Shown here: positions 10,204 through 20,000 of the stretch, one piece after another
Layout of the letters: every line of letters starts with the position of its first letter
Numbering within the stretch: position 1 is the stretch's first letter
Assembly: GCA_900617105.1 (NCBI GenBank)
Contig: UYFQ01000525.1
Location: forward strand, 1 to 42,311
Direction of reading: 5' to 3'
Source of the DNA: Hydrurus foetidus
Lineage: Eukaryota
Length of the DNA stretch: 42,311 bases
Program-made: the position numbers and the translations under genes
Notes under the pieces: model-generated
Told to the model about the DNA's origin: nothing
What the model saw: only the letters and a program-made list of their open reading frames with translations
The model's database searches: none

Positions 10204-13200
10204 TGGGATCCGACTGGTGGAGTCATTCTGTGGCGGTGGGCATGAAGGAACGTGTAAGGTGAGTCAGATGCAAGTGGCTGCGCAGCTTGCCAACGTCGGA
10301 ATGACCCGGTAAGGGGGTCAGAGGGTGTCGATAGAACAGGAGGTAACGGAGTAGTGAACTCTGGAAGCCTAAGTGGGATCGATGTTGACTGCGAAGAGGA
10401 AGAGGATGATGACGAAGATGACGAGGTAGTGTCTTGACGCTTAGTGTCCCCTTGAGCCTGGTCGTTCAGGAATGCGATGCCGCGCTTTCTGGCATTGTAT
10501 CGCTGAAGTTCCATGGATGCGTCCGGTGGGACCCAAGGGGAGGTGTCGGATTGAGGGACCATGAGACGTGTTACGGCTCTATGTAGGTAGTTAACATATG
10601 AGAGGGCGCAGCGAGGGCCACTGATGTTATGGGTTGGACAGGACATGTTGTACGGGAGGAAATAGATGGAGTCTTCGACAGAGGACTCAGAATCGCTCCC
10701 GTAGTTCCGCAAAGTGTATCGTTGACAGATGTTCTTTGGTGCTGTCGATGCTGCGAGGTCCCTGGCGAGAGACACTGTGCGGTAGTGTGACTCGGTGGGC
10801 TCAACAGGATCGGGTCCGACGAAGAGGCTGTTGGGTGTAACATGAAATGCGTCGGGTAGGACATGCTGGATGGCGACACGAATGGCTTGGATGAAGGACT
10901 CGTTCGATCCAGAGCGTGTCATAAGACCGTCAACGTGTGCATCAACTTCCGTGAGCATGAGGATGCGAAGGGTGGGAATGTTGTGCCAGGAGTTGCCGGG
11001 TGAGTTGGCATATCGGGCAAGCTGTGCTGCGATCCAGGAGGCACAGTCGTAGATGAGGACACTTTCAAATATGGCCATGTGGTCTGGACTGATCTGGTCG
11101 TCGATGTAGAGTGCAGTGTGGACCAGGGAGTAGAAGAAAATGTTCCCGACTGTGGACTGATAGGTGGTGATGTCCTCAATCAAAGTTGGATTGAAGGTGC
11201 GGTAGTGCCCTGGGTCATACTCAAGATCGAGCAGGAGGTTGCGAGCAACCTTGTGGATGAGGTTCATATACCGAGAGTATCCATCTCTGACATCGGATCG
11301 GCAGTGGCTTAGTGTGGTTGGGGATACCCAGCCGAAAATAGCGAGGTAGATATGGGGCACCGGTGGAGGAGATCCAGGCAAGGCGGGACGGGACGACTCA
11401 TATAGATGATGAAGTGATTTGCTGAGAGGGGCTGCTGATGAATGCGGTGGTGGAGGGGTGGTGGAGTACTGAAGGATGTCCGTAGAACATTGTCGGCAGA
11501 TACTTTGGAAGACAGTGGAGGAGGTGACTTCGTCATTAGTGAGGAAGGCCCAGGTACGTGTGAATGCATCGACTTCTTCTTGCATTGGGGTCCCATATGA
11601 TGGCGAGGAAATGTTCTGATGGCGCGGTGTGTCCCAGGCTGTGGCATTCTCTGGTGCGACAGGAGTTGGTGGGGTACCCAGGACTACTGGGGCAGAGGCT
11701 GCTTGAGTATGTTTGGAACGTACGTACGGCTGGAGCATTAAGGGAGATGCGACATTAGAAGATGGACAAGTTGAAGACCGCAGTGGTGAGTGTCCTGATG
11801 GAGAGAGTCCTGGCGGAAGTGCTAACTCGAGAGGAGGATTAGACGATGTATCCGGAGGAGGTGCTGGGTCAGTGTCGGTGACGCGGAACATATTGAGGGT
11901 GAAGGGTTCGGCGTTATTCAAAAGCGTGTTGTTCTGCCATCCGTCCTCAGGGTTGATGTTGGGTCCGTTGGTAAGAAGCTTCATGGGGATGTTGCTCTTG
12001 AGGTAAGGGACGCGGCCATCGATACTCGTCACTGGGAAGGTCTGCTTGGGAGGGTACTTGCCCTTGGCTTTGATCCGGTTCTTGTCCATGACTGGAGCGG
12101 ATCCAGGTGGGGCAGGAGGATGTGCTTTGCCAGAGGGAGGTGTCGCTGCCGGTGGCTTAGCAGGAGCATGATAGTACTTGCACTTGTTACCGAGAAGGCA
12201 GGTACCAGCGAGGAACTTGCGGCAGGCTTCAGGGGTAGTGGACAAGGCAGCTATCTTGACCGGCTTGTCTTGGAGGAGGGCATACTCGGAATAGACAACA
12301 GCTCTCTCCAAAGTTTGGTGATAGGTGAGCATGTTGCTATGGCAGGACATAAAGTAGGATTTCGTGTTGGGGCGGTGGTCGTTCATGAAGGCGTTGTGAA
12401 GGAATTGAAGGCGCTCCTGCTCGGTGCTCGGTCTGGCCTGGGCATACTCGAATTCTGTCATCAACGTTGTAAACTTCACTAAATCCTCTTGAAAACAAGT
12501 AGCCGTGGAGCCCTTGAAGTTTTGTAGAAGCCGCCGAAGTCGGTTGATGTCTGCTTCAGTATGTCCGTAGTAGTGCTTGTGCATACGTTTATATATAGCG
12601 ATCCCATCGCGAGAGGTAAAGGCATCGGCAAATAGATAATGGGTAGACTCGCTGAAAGCGTTTAACATGACGTTGTATAAACGTTTCTTGTCGTGGGCCC
12701 ATCGTGTAACATCGTCGGCAGGGACATAGTTGAATGTTCCATCAAGATTCTCCGACGTTGTAGGCTCCGAGTATCCTGATGGGTTGTGCCTCGTTGGGAT
12801 TGGCTCGCGACGCGTGCCCATTGCCATTGGGTAGAGTCCAACGACGTGGAGCATGTTGTCGAGAGCTTTGAAGCGCTTGTTCGATCCCAGAGTCGTTGTG
12901 GAGATCTGGTTTTGCTTGATGCTATCCATTTCGGAAGAGGTCGTCAGAACGAGATCGAGTTTTAGCCGTTTGAGCTCCAAAACGGATTCCAACGCGGCAT
13001 TATATGATAGCCCAGGTGCTGAAACTTCTGCCAAAGTTTGGCGCGGTGGCGTGGCTTCCTCTGCATGAGATCCTCGTCGAGGTCGGTTTGGTGTGGAGGG
13101 ATTTTGCCGATTTGCCGTCGAGCTGGTGACCAAATTTTGAGTTTGGGCTCTTATGGCCTCGGCGACACGTTGATCGAACTCTGCGAGGGTCATGGAGAGC

Positions 13201-13379
13201 ATGCGCGGCAGCTGGGCGCGGCTGGGAGTCTCTAGCCCAGTTGGGTCATGGTATTCCTCGTTGTTTTGGTCTGTGTTGTCGGACGATCGTAGCATCATGG
13301 CCGACTTGAGATATCTGTTGGGTTGAGATACCGTTGATATATTGATACTATATCGATGATTGCTGAACTTTCTATGCAA
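9951..13379 (-). CDS. gag: extended Gag with CCCH zinc finger and unknown domain (element B)
   Basis: 1142-aa ORF with a gag-like core (RDGIAIYKRMHKHYYG), CRKFLAGTCLLGNKCKYYH (C-x7-C-x5-C-x3-H) and a region homologous to the element A C-terminal domain. Confidence 0.8.
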   Translation of the reverse strand: MHRKFSNHRYSINISTVSQPNRYLKSAMMLRSSDNTDQNNEEYHDPTGLETPSRAQLPRMLSMTLAEFDQRVAEAIRAQTQNLVTSSTANRQNPSTPNRPRRGSHAEEATPPRQTLAEVSAPGLSYNAALESVLELKRLKLDLVLTTSSEMDSIKQNQISTTTLGSNKRFKALDNMLHVVGLYPMAMGTRREPIPTRHNPSGYSEPTTSENLDGTFNYVPADDVTRWAHDKKRLYNVMLNAFSESTHYLFADAFTSRDGIAIYKRMHKHYYGHTEADINRLRRLLQNFKGSTATCFQEDLVKFTTLMTEFEYAQARPSTEQERLQFLHNAFMNDHRPNTKSYFMSCHSNMLTYHQTLERAVVYSEYALLQDKPVKIAALSTTPEACRKFLAGTCLLGNKCKYYHAPAKPPAATPPSGKAHPPAPPGSAPVMDKNRIKAKGKYPPKQTFPVTSIDGRVPYLKSNIPMKLLTNGPNINPEDGWQNNTLLNNAEPFTLNMFRVTDTDPAPPPDTSSNPPLELALPPGLSPSGHSPLRSSTCPSSNVASPLMLQPYVRSKHTQAASAPVVLGTPPTPVAPENATAWDTPRHQNISSPSYGTPMQEEVDAFTRTWAFLTNDEVTSSTVFQSICRQCSTDILQYSTTPPPPHSSAAPLSKSLHHLYESSRPALPGSPPPVPHIYLAIFGWVSPTTLSHCRSDVRDGYSRYMNLIHKVARNLLLDLEYDPGHYRTFNPTLIEDITTYQSTVGNIFFYSLVHTALYIDDQISPDHMAIFESVLIYDCASWIAAQLARYANSPGNSWHNIPTLRILMLTEVDAHVDGLMTRSGSNESFIQAIRVAIQHVLPDAFHVTPNSLFVGPDPVEPTESHYRTVSLARDLAASTAPKNICQRYTLRNYGSDSESSVEDSIYFLPYNMSCPTHNISGPRCALSYVNYLHRAVTRLMVPQSDTSPWVPPDASMELQRYNARKRGIAFLNDQAQGDTKRQDTTSSSSSSSSSSSQSTSIPLRLPEFTTPLPPVLSTPSDPLTGSFRRWQAAQPLASDSPYTFLHAHRHRMTPPVGSQCTKNVRHAFNSTRPPLASVRPPAPSGGTSDSKSQHIRRQVPTSPTRSSSTLVLLALALDAPNVIPALNLSVHPSQSQLHLAPP

Positions 13380-13388
13380 TCGCTACCA
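13377..13388 (-). promoter_or_regulatory. primer-binding site TGGTAGCGATTG
   Basis: Identical to the PBS of element A and abuts the LTR CA. Confidence 0.8.
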
Positions 13389-13896
13389 TGTGAGTCAGAC
13401 TGTGGAGTGAAGCGAGCTACCTGTTGGCTGCGGAAGCGCAAAGGAAAGACTGGCTGATGGAAGTGGTCTCGGAAGACGTGTTTACTTACAACGATCAAGT
13501 AGTAAAACAACTGGCGATGATATCAGAGAAGACAACCATCAAAGAAGCAAAGCAAAGCATCCATTGTGCATGAAATGGTGATCGCCGAAGTGGAAATATA
13601 TTCAGCGAATATTCAAGTTGGCGATTGAGCAATGGGCGGAACCCTCGCTGCTCATGAAATCGGATGCTTGGTGGAAACCGGATACCTGGTGGAAAACCGG
13701 ATGCTTGGTGATGAAAAACCGGATGCTTGGTGATGGCCCCGAAGGGGGATATCGCTAGAAGAACGATGAGCGTATGTACACAACAGTGTATGGCGGTGTT
13801 TTGGGTGAGGAAGCGCTACACTACTTGTGACATGTGAATGCTAATCTACAGATGAAACTATGCTAACAGATCATGCATGAACATGCTGGACTGACA
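13389..13896 (-). repeat. 5' LTR of copia element B (about 508 bp)
   Basis: Termini TGTGAGTC...GACTGACA (7/8 inverted match). Similar length to LTR A and adjacent to the PBS. Confidence 0.65.
13661..13736. repeat. four short tandem copies of about CCGGATGCTTGGTG(ATG)AAAA within LTR B
   Basis: cggatgcttggtggaaa-ccggatacctggtggaaaa-ccggatgcttggtgatgaaaaa-ccggatgcttggtgatgg. Confidence 0.85.
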
Positions 13897-14111
13897 GAAG
13901 TAGCAGGGGTGCTCTTTCGCGATGCCGCTGATCCGCAGCCAACACTGGTTGATGACAGCTTTTATTCTACTTTTGTTTTCGTATAAATGTTTCTTTTTAA
14001 TCTTTTCCATTCCTTTCTGTAGTTATTATTAGTTATATATATTTTTGTACAAAAACGTGATGGTCGCGTCATAGATTAGTTCTCTTCGGAAAAAGAGATA
14101 AGTGGGGGAAA

Positions 14112-14297
14112 TGTGGTCGTACCAGGTATACTGAGCCTATGGGCCGTACCGGATCCTTCCGCCTACCGTACACTTAGATCCTTGCAACGCTGCTAGCTAG
14201 CTCCAGCCTACTCTCAGAAGTTTAACCTAGCTTCTAGCATAGCTCTGTAACTAACTAACGCCTATTTCTCTATCGACCCATCTCTATCCGGACTGCA
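14112..14297 (+). repeat. short gypsy LTR (about 186 bp), preceded by a polypurine tract and followed by a PBS-like TGGTACCA
   Basis: TGTGGTC...GACTGCA termini. Upstream AAAAAGAGATAAGTGGGGGAAA. Clearly homologous to 16335-16531. Confidence 0.8.
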
Positions 14298-14308
14298 TTG
14301 GTACCATT

Positions 14309-15991
14309 TTGCAACCGATTGCTTTTATAAGCAAATCATTGACACCCACACAAATAAGGTGGTCAACGATACAAAAAGAAGCTTACGCTATATTTTACTG
14401 TTGTACACAACTCGATTATCTGATTAGAGATCGTACGTCCACTATCCATACAAATCACTTGAACATCACATATATGAAACAAAACCCTACCTCAATGGTA
14501 GCGAGATGGTTCATTGCTATCCAAAAACTCCATTTCACCGTAGTATTCTAACCCGGTACTTTAAACGTTCTAGCGGGCGCACTGTCAAGGCTATGTCCTA
14601 ATCTGACAGAAATTGCTCTGCCATTATGAACAACAGAATTGGAACTTCTTCCAACTTCGTCTTCGTCATTCACTGTATCAGCTCTAACGGTCATAGAACC
14701 GGCTGCAGACGATCAGTTAGAATACATTCAGATGTGCCACAATGCAATTGTCGGTCACAACGGCGTAGACCGTACCCTTACTCGTTTGTTTAGTTTACAA
14801 TAAGTTTGGAAAAACATGAAACAACATGTACGTACGTTCATACAAAACTGTCTGTGCTGTCAAAAGTTGAGTGCAAAAGATCCCAAGATCAATGCGTCTC
14901 ATTTTGCAACGCCGAATTATGCTATCTTCGATACGCTGAATGTTGACAATATTGGTCCATTCCCAGACAAAGGATATGTCCTTGTCATCATCGACACATT
15001 TACAAGATGGACAGAACTGTTCTGGTGTGCAGATGTGGACGTAAAATCAGCAGCTGACTGTTTGCTTGCGCATTTTGGTAGATTTGGTTCACCAAACATG
15101 ATAAGATCTGAACGAGGATCACATTTCGCAAATGACATAGTCAAAGAATTCTTAGATCTTTGTGAAACACCACATAACCTCACCCTTGCTTACTCGGAAC
15201 AAGAGAATGCAATTGTTGAAAGAGTCAACAAAGAGGTGAATAGACACCTAAGAGGTTTAGTTTTTGATAAACAAACCCTTGAGGGATATGCTAAATCAAT
15301 CCCATTCATGCAACGTATCATTAACAGTTCGGTTAATAGACGCACAGGTGTCTGTCCCGCTCATTTATTGTTCGGGAATAAACATGATTTGAATCGTGGT
15401 ATTCTCACTCCACACTTAAGTGTCGGAACACATTCAAGATCAACGTACATATCAGATTTGATAAGTGTACAGGACAAAGTACTTGATACTGCGGTTCAAG
15501 CTTTGTTAAAAACGGATACTAAAAACGCTGCTTCAGCTGAATCAGCAACTGTGTTCCCCGTGGGGTCACATGTCTTATGCTGATACACTGATCGACCTCC
15601 AACTCGATTACATACTAAGTGGCATGGCCCTTACTGTGTTGTCTCCATTAAGAAGTCCGAGTACGTTCTCGCAAATCTTGTAAACCACAAGAAACGAAGT
15701 ATTCACGTCAAAAATTTGAAAGTATTCAATTATGACCCAGAGGTAGATGTACCTGCTGACACTGCTCGTTGCGCTTACATGGAGTTCGTGGTTGAGAAAG
15801 TTCTGGGTCGTGCTGGTGACACCAAGAAACCGACTACAATGTCGTTCCATGTGAAATGGCCCAACTACGATGACTCTCGCAATACATGGGAGCCGTGGAA
15901 GTCACTACGGCTCTGTGAAGCACTCCATGATTATTTACGGGATAATAGAATGAAACATTTCATTCCCAAAAACATTGAGGCATTAGTCTAA
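14309..15991 (+). pseudogene. pol: Ty3/gypsy pol 3' part: RNase H, integrase and chromodomain (chromovirus-type), with stops
   Basis: PIAFISKSL...WSTIQKEAYAI (RNase H). HNAIVGH...CxxCQ, IDTFTRW and QENAIVERVN (integrase). WHGPY, then VEKVLG...FHVKWPNYDDSRNTWEP (chromodomain). Multiple in-frame stops. Confidence 0.92.
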
Positions 15992-16334
15992 GTTGCTGAT
16001 CTCGAACGTATTATCTTTTGAAGATTTTTCCTAATTTTCCCTCTATGAGGTTTTATGGTTTTAGTCAGTAAAAATCTGACATAATTACGTATCGAGGTCT
16101 CGTGCACCAGTACATGGTACTAGGCACCCAATTTATCTCCTAAGACCGACCCACCACCCAGTCTATTTGTATAGATTTTTCTATATTTTTATATTTCATT
16201 TTTGAGATTTACAATTTTGTAATCTTTTTCTTTATTCATCCTTTAGTTACTATTAGCATATGTAGATTTTTGTACAAAAAGTAGTGGTCGCGTCATAGGT
16301 TCTTTTTCTTCAGAAAAAAAATAAGTGCGGGAAA

Positions 16335-16531
16335 TGTGGTCGGATCGGCTATACCGGGCCTACGGGCCTGTCCCGATCCGTCCGATCCTACCGCCTACTG
16401 TACACATACATCTCTAGCACAGCTGCTAGCTAGCTCTAGCCTACTCATAGAAGTTTACCCTAGCTTCTAGCTTAGACTGTAACTAACTACCACATATCAT
16501 CTCTATCGACCTACCTTCTATCCGGACTGCA
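16335..16531 (+). repeat. 3' LTR of the gypsy remnant (about 197 bp) with upstream PPT
   Basis: AAAAAAAATAAGTGCGGGAAA followed by TGTGGTC...GACTGCA, downstream of the integrase-chromodomain. Confidence 0.85.
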
Positions 16532-17060
16532 CCAGCTTACAAAGAATTCATTAACAAATTGAATAAGTGAGTCTAGTATTTTTTAAGTGGAGTAAATAAT
16601 CGACGAAAAATTGAATAACGTCCAGCCAAAACAAGATTTAATCCAAGACTGTAATCATGTAAAATAGGCAATCCCTATGGGGGGGTTCCCCCCCCCCCCC
16701 TCCCCGGGGGATATCATCTCTGCATGGTCACTAGCGCCCCCGCCCAACCGTTACGTACGTACCGCTGACTACTGACTGGTGGCACCCTCTACCCTCTGTC
16801 CTCTAGTCGTCTGTTTAGGGGGTCCATGTACCATTTTTTCCACGAAATTTTGTATAAAAAAAATCTTGACGCCGAAGATTCGACAAAATTTAAAAAAAAA
16901 TACATCAATTGTCAAATATTGCATGAAAACTCCAGGACGATGTTACCGCGAGTAAAACGTCGCTCACAGCTTCTACCCCTCCAATCATTTTACCTTCAGC
17001 CTCCAGCTGCGATATACACCACCTGATCATAAACTTGCAAGGAATCCGCAGAGTCAGACG

Positions 17061-20000
17061 ATGACAAAGTTGCTCCTCATCGCATGCCTCGGGGCTTTTG
17101 CGATCCGGTGTTCGACAGCAGCAACCATAGTTGGATATACAAATGACACCAGTGTGGCCGCGCAACTAAGGCTCGATCTGGATCTTTCGACAATGTTTAC
17201 CACCCTTGCGGCCACCCCTCCAAACTTTGCTGCGGCGTACACTGCCTACAGCGCAGGTAACACTCACACAACACCAAAGAGGCAGGATCCTCTGCGTCAT
17301 TGCCTCAACCTGCGAGCTCGCCACAGAAACATCCCGCTTAATCACTTCAACCCTGGCCTCATCTCCACACATCGACATTTCTCTGACAGGCGGTAACAGC
17401 AAGAAGACCAATGGCACCATGCGCACAATAAAAGGATTCTCCAGTCCCAAGCTGACCGGTGAGAAGTGGTACGACATCTACGTCGCCTTCAACGGCAAGG
17501 ACAAACTCTACGCGAACACGTTCACGACAAACGCATGTAACGGCGTCGGTGAGTTTGCGTTGTCAACGAGTCCCCCGATCGGACCTGTCTCGAGAATCGA
17601 AGGTTGCAAGAAAGGTGCTGCCTACTTGAACGTTTGGATGTACGTCATCCACGAGATGGAAGCAGCTATCAGTGACTGCAACAACGCCGTAACGCCAAGC
17701 ACACACTGGGACGAAGCGCTTGCATTCTACACCGGGTCCACGACGCTTCTGAACCCTACCGCCAACATTGGATTTTTCCAGTACAGTCTTGCCGAGAAGA
17801 AGTGTCCTCTGTTCCAAACATGCGGAGCTAGTAACGGTAATTCGAAATTTTACAAATCAACTGCCAATCAGAAAATCTTTTCTCTTTTCGAAGACGGTCG
17901 CGGTTACTTGTTATCTGGGCGTTGCGATAGCCTTATTACTACGAAGGAGTCGCTGGTGAAGCAGTTCACAGTTCCGGTCATACAGGGCATCATGCAGTAC
18001 CTCTTCCAATCTGAGACTTTAACCGGCGACGCGAAAGAGAAGTCGAGAGCGGAGCTGTGGTCTTTCACGTCAGCCGTGCTTCCTCTTGTGAACTTCTACA
18101 GCCCCTCGGTTGCCGCGACCCTAGTTCAGAACACCAGAATCACCAACGTCGCCACGGTGCCTTCTGGACGTGCAGCTGTGAAAGCATCTTTAGAGTCTGT
18201 GTACGGCGCCATTGGTATCACCTGCTCCGACGTTGGTGGCTTTTACAATTCTGCTACCAAGTCTTACTACGACGGAATGGATCCATGCAGCGACAATGAC
18301 ATTGCAGGATACACGATCAACAGCGACGTGACTCAGCACCTGAAGCTCGATCTGGATCTTTCGACAATGTTTACCACCCTTGAGGCCACCCCTCTAAACT
18401 TTGCTGCGGCGTACACTGCCTACAGCGCAGGTAACACTCACACAACACCAAAGAGGCAGGATCCTCTGCGTCATTGCCTCAACCTGCGAGCTCGCCACAG
18501 AAACATCCCGCTTAATCACTTCAACCCTGGCCTCATCTCCACACATCGACATTTCTCTGACAGGCGGTAACAGCAAGAAGACCAATGGCACCATGCGCAC
18601 AATAAAAGGATTCTCCAGTCCCAAGCTGACTGGTGAGAAGTGGTACGACATCTACGTCGCCTTCAACGGCAAGGACAAACTCTACGCGAACACGTTCACG
18701 ACAAACGCATGTAACGGCGTCGGTGAGTTTGCGTTGTCAACGAGTCCCCCGATCGGACCTGTCTCGAGAATCGAAGGTTGCAAGAAAGGTGCTGCCTACT
18801 TGAACGTTTGGATGTACGTCATCCACGAGATGGAAGCAGCTATCAGTGACTGCAACAACGCCGTAACGCCAAGCACACACTGGGACGAAGCGCTTGCATT
18901 CTACACCGGGTCCACGACGCTTCTGAACCCTACCGCCAACATTGGATTTTTCCAGTACAGTCTTGCCGAGAAGAAGTGTCCCCTGTTCCAAACATGCGGA
19001 GTAACCGGTGACGACATGAAACTATACAAATCAACTGCCAATCAGAAAGTGTTCTCACTGTTTGCCGCGGGGAGCAGCTATGTAGAAGCAGGAAGATGCA
19101 GCAACCTCGTGACTGTGAAAGAGTCGCTGGTGAAGCAGTTCACAGTTCCGGTCATACAGGGCATCATGCAGTACCTCTTCCAATCTGAGACTTTAACCGG
19201 CGACGCGAAAGAGAAGTCGAGAGCGGAGCTGTGGTCTTTCACGTCAGCCGTGCTTCCTCTTGTGAACTTCTACAGCCCCTCGGTTGCCGCGACCCTAGTT
19301 CAGAACACCAGAATCACCAACGTCGCCACGGTGCCTTCTGGACGTGCAGCTGTGAAAGCATCTTTAGAGTCTGTGTACGGCGCCATTGGTATCACCTGCT
19401 CCGACGTTGGTGGCTTTTACAATTCTGCTACCAAGTCTTACTACGACGGAATGGATCCATGCAGCGACAATGACATTGCAGGATACACGATCAACAGCGA
19501 CGTGACTCAGCACCTGAAGCTCGATCTGGATCTTTCGACAATGTTTACCACCCTTGCGGCCACCCCTCCAAACTTTGCTGCGGCGTACACTGCCTACAGC
19601 GCAGGTAACACTCACACAACACCAAAGAGGCAGGATCCTCTGCGTCATTGCCTCAACCTGCGAGCTCGCCACAGAAACATCCCGCTTAATCACTTCAACC
19701 CTGGCCTCATCTCCACACATCGACATTTCTCTGACAGGCGGTAACAGCAAGAAGACCAATGGCACCATGCGCACAATAAAAGGATTCTCCAGTCCCAAGC
19801 TGACTGGTGAGAAGTGGTACGACATCTACGTCGCCTTCAACGGCAAGGACAAACTCTACGCGAACACGTTCACGACAAACGCATGTAACGGCGTCGGTGA
19901 GTTTGCGTTGTCAACGAGTCCCCCGATCGGACCTGTCTCGAGAATCGAAGGTTGCAAGAAAGGTGCCGCCTACTTGAACGTTTGGATGTACGTCATCCAC

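Larger units (their letters stand above)
9685..13896 (-). mobile_element. Ty1/copia element B, 3'-truncated (LTR, PBS, gag, protease; no INT/RT/RH and no 3' LTR)
   Basis: Same PBS as A and homologous gag and protease. Coding homology stops at TRGTVQDGLYV (matches A's VRGFLSNGVYV), just before where the integrase would begin. Confidence 0.85.

Noticed and set aside
13661..13736. Short direct repeats resembling a mini CRISPR array
   Set aside because: No unique spacers, no cas genes, eukaryotic context; they are tandem repeats within an LTR.
16532..17060. Diatom iron-responsive CACGTG-type promoter motif
   Set aside because: I found no CACGTG-core match upstream of the ATG.
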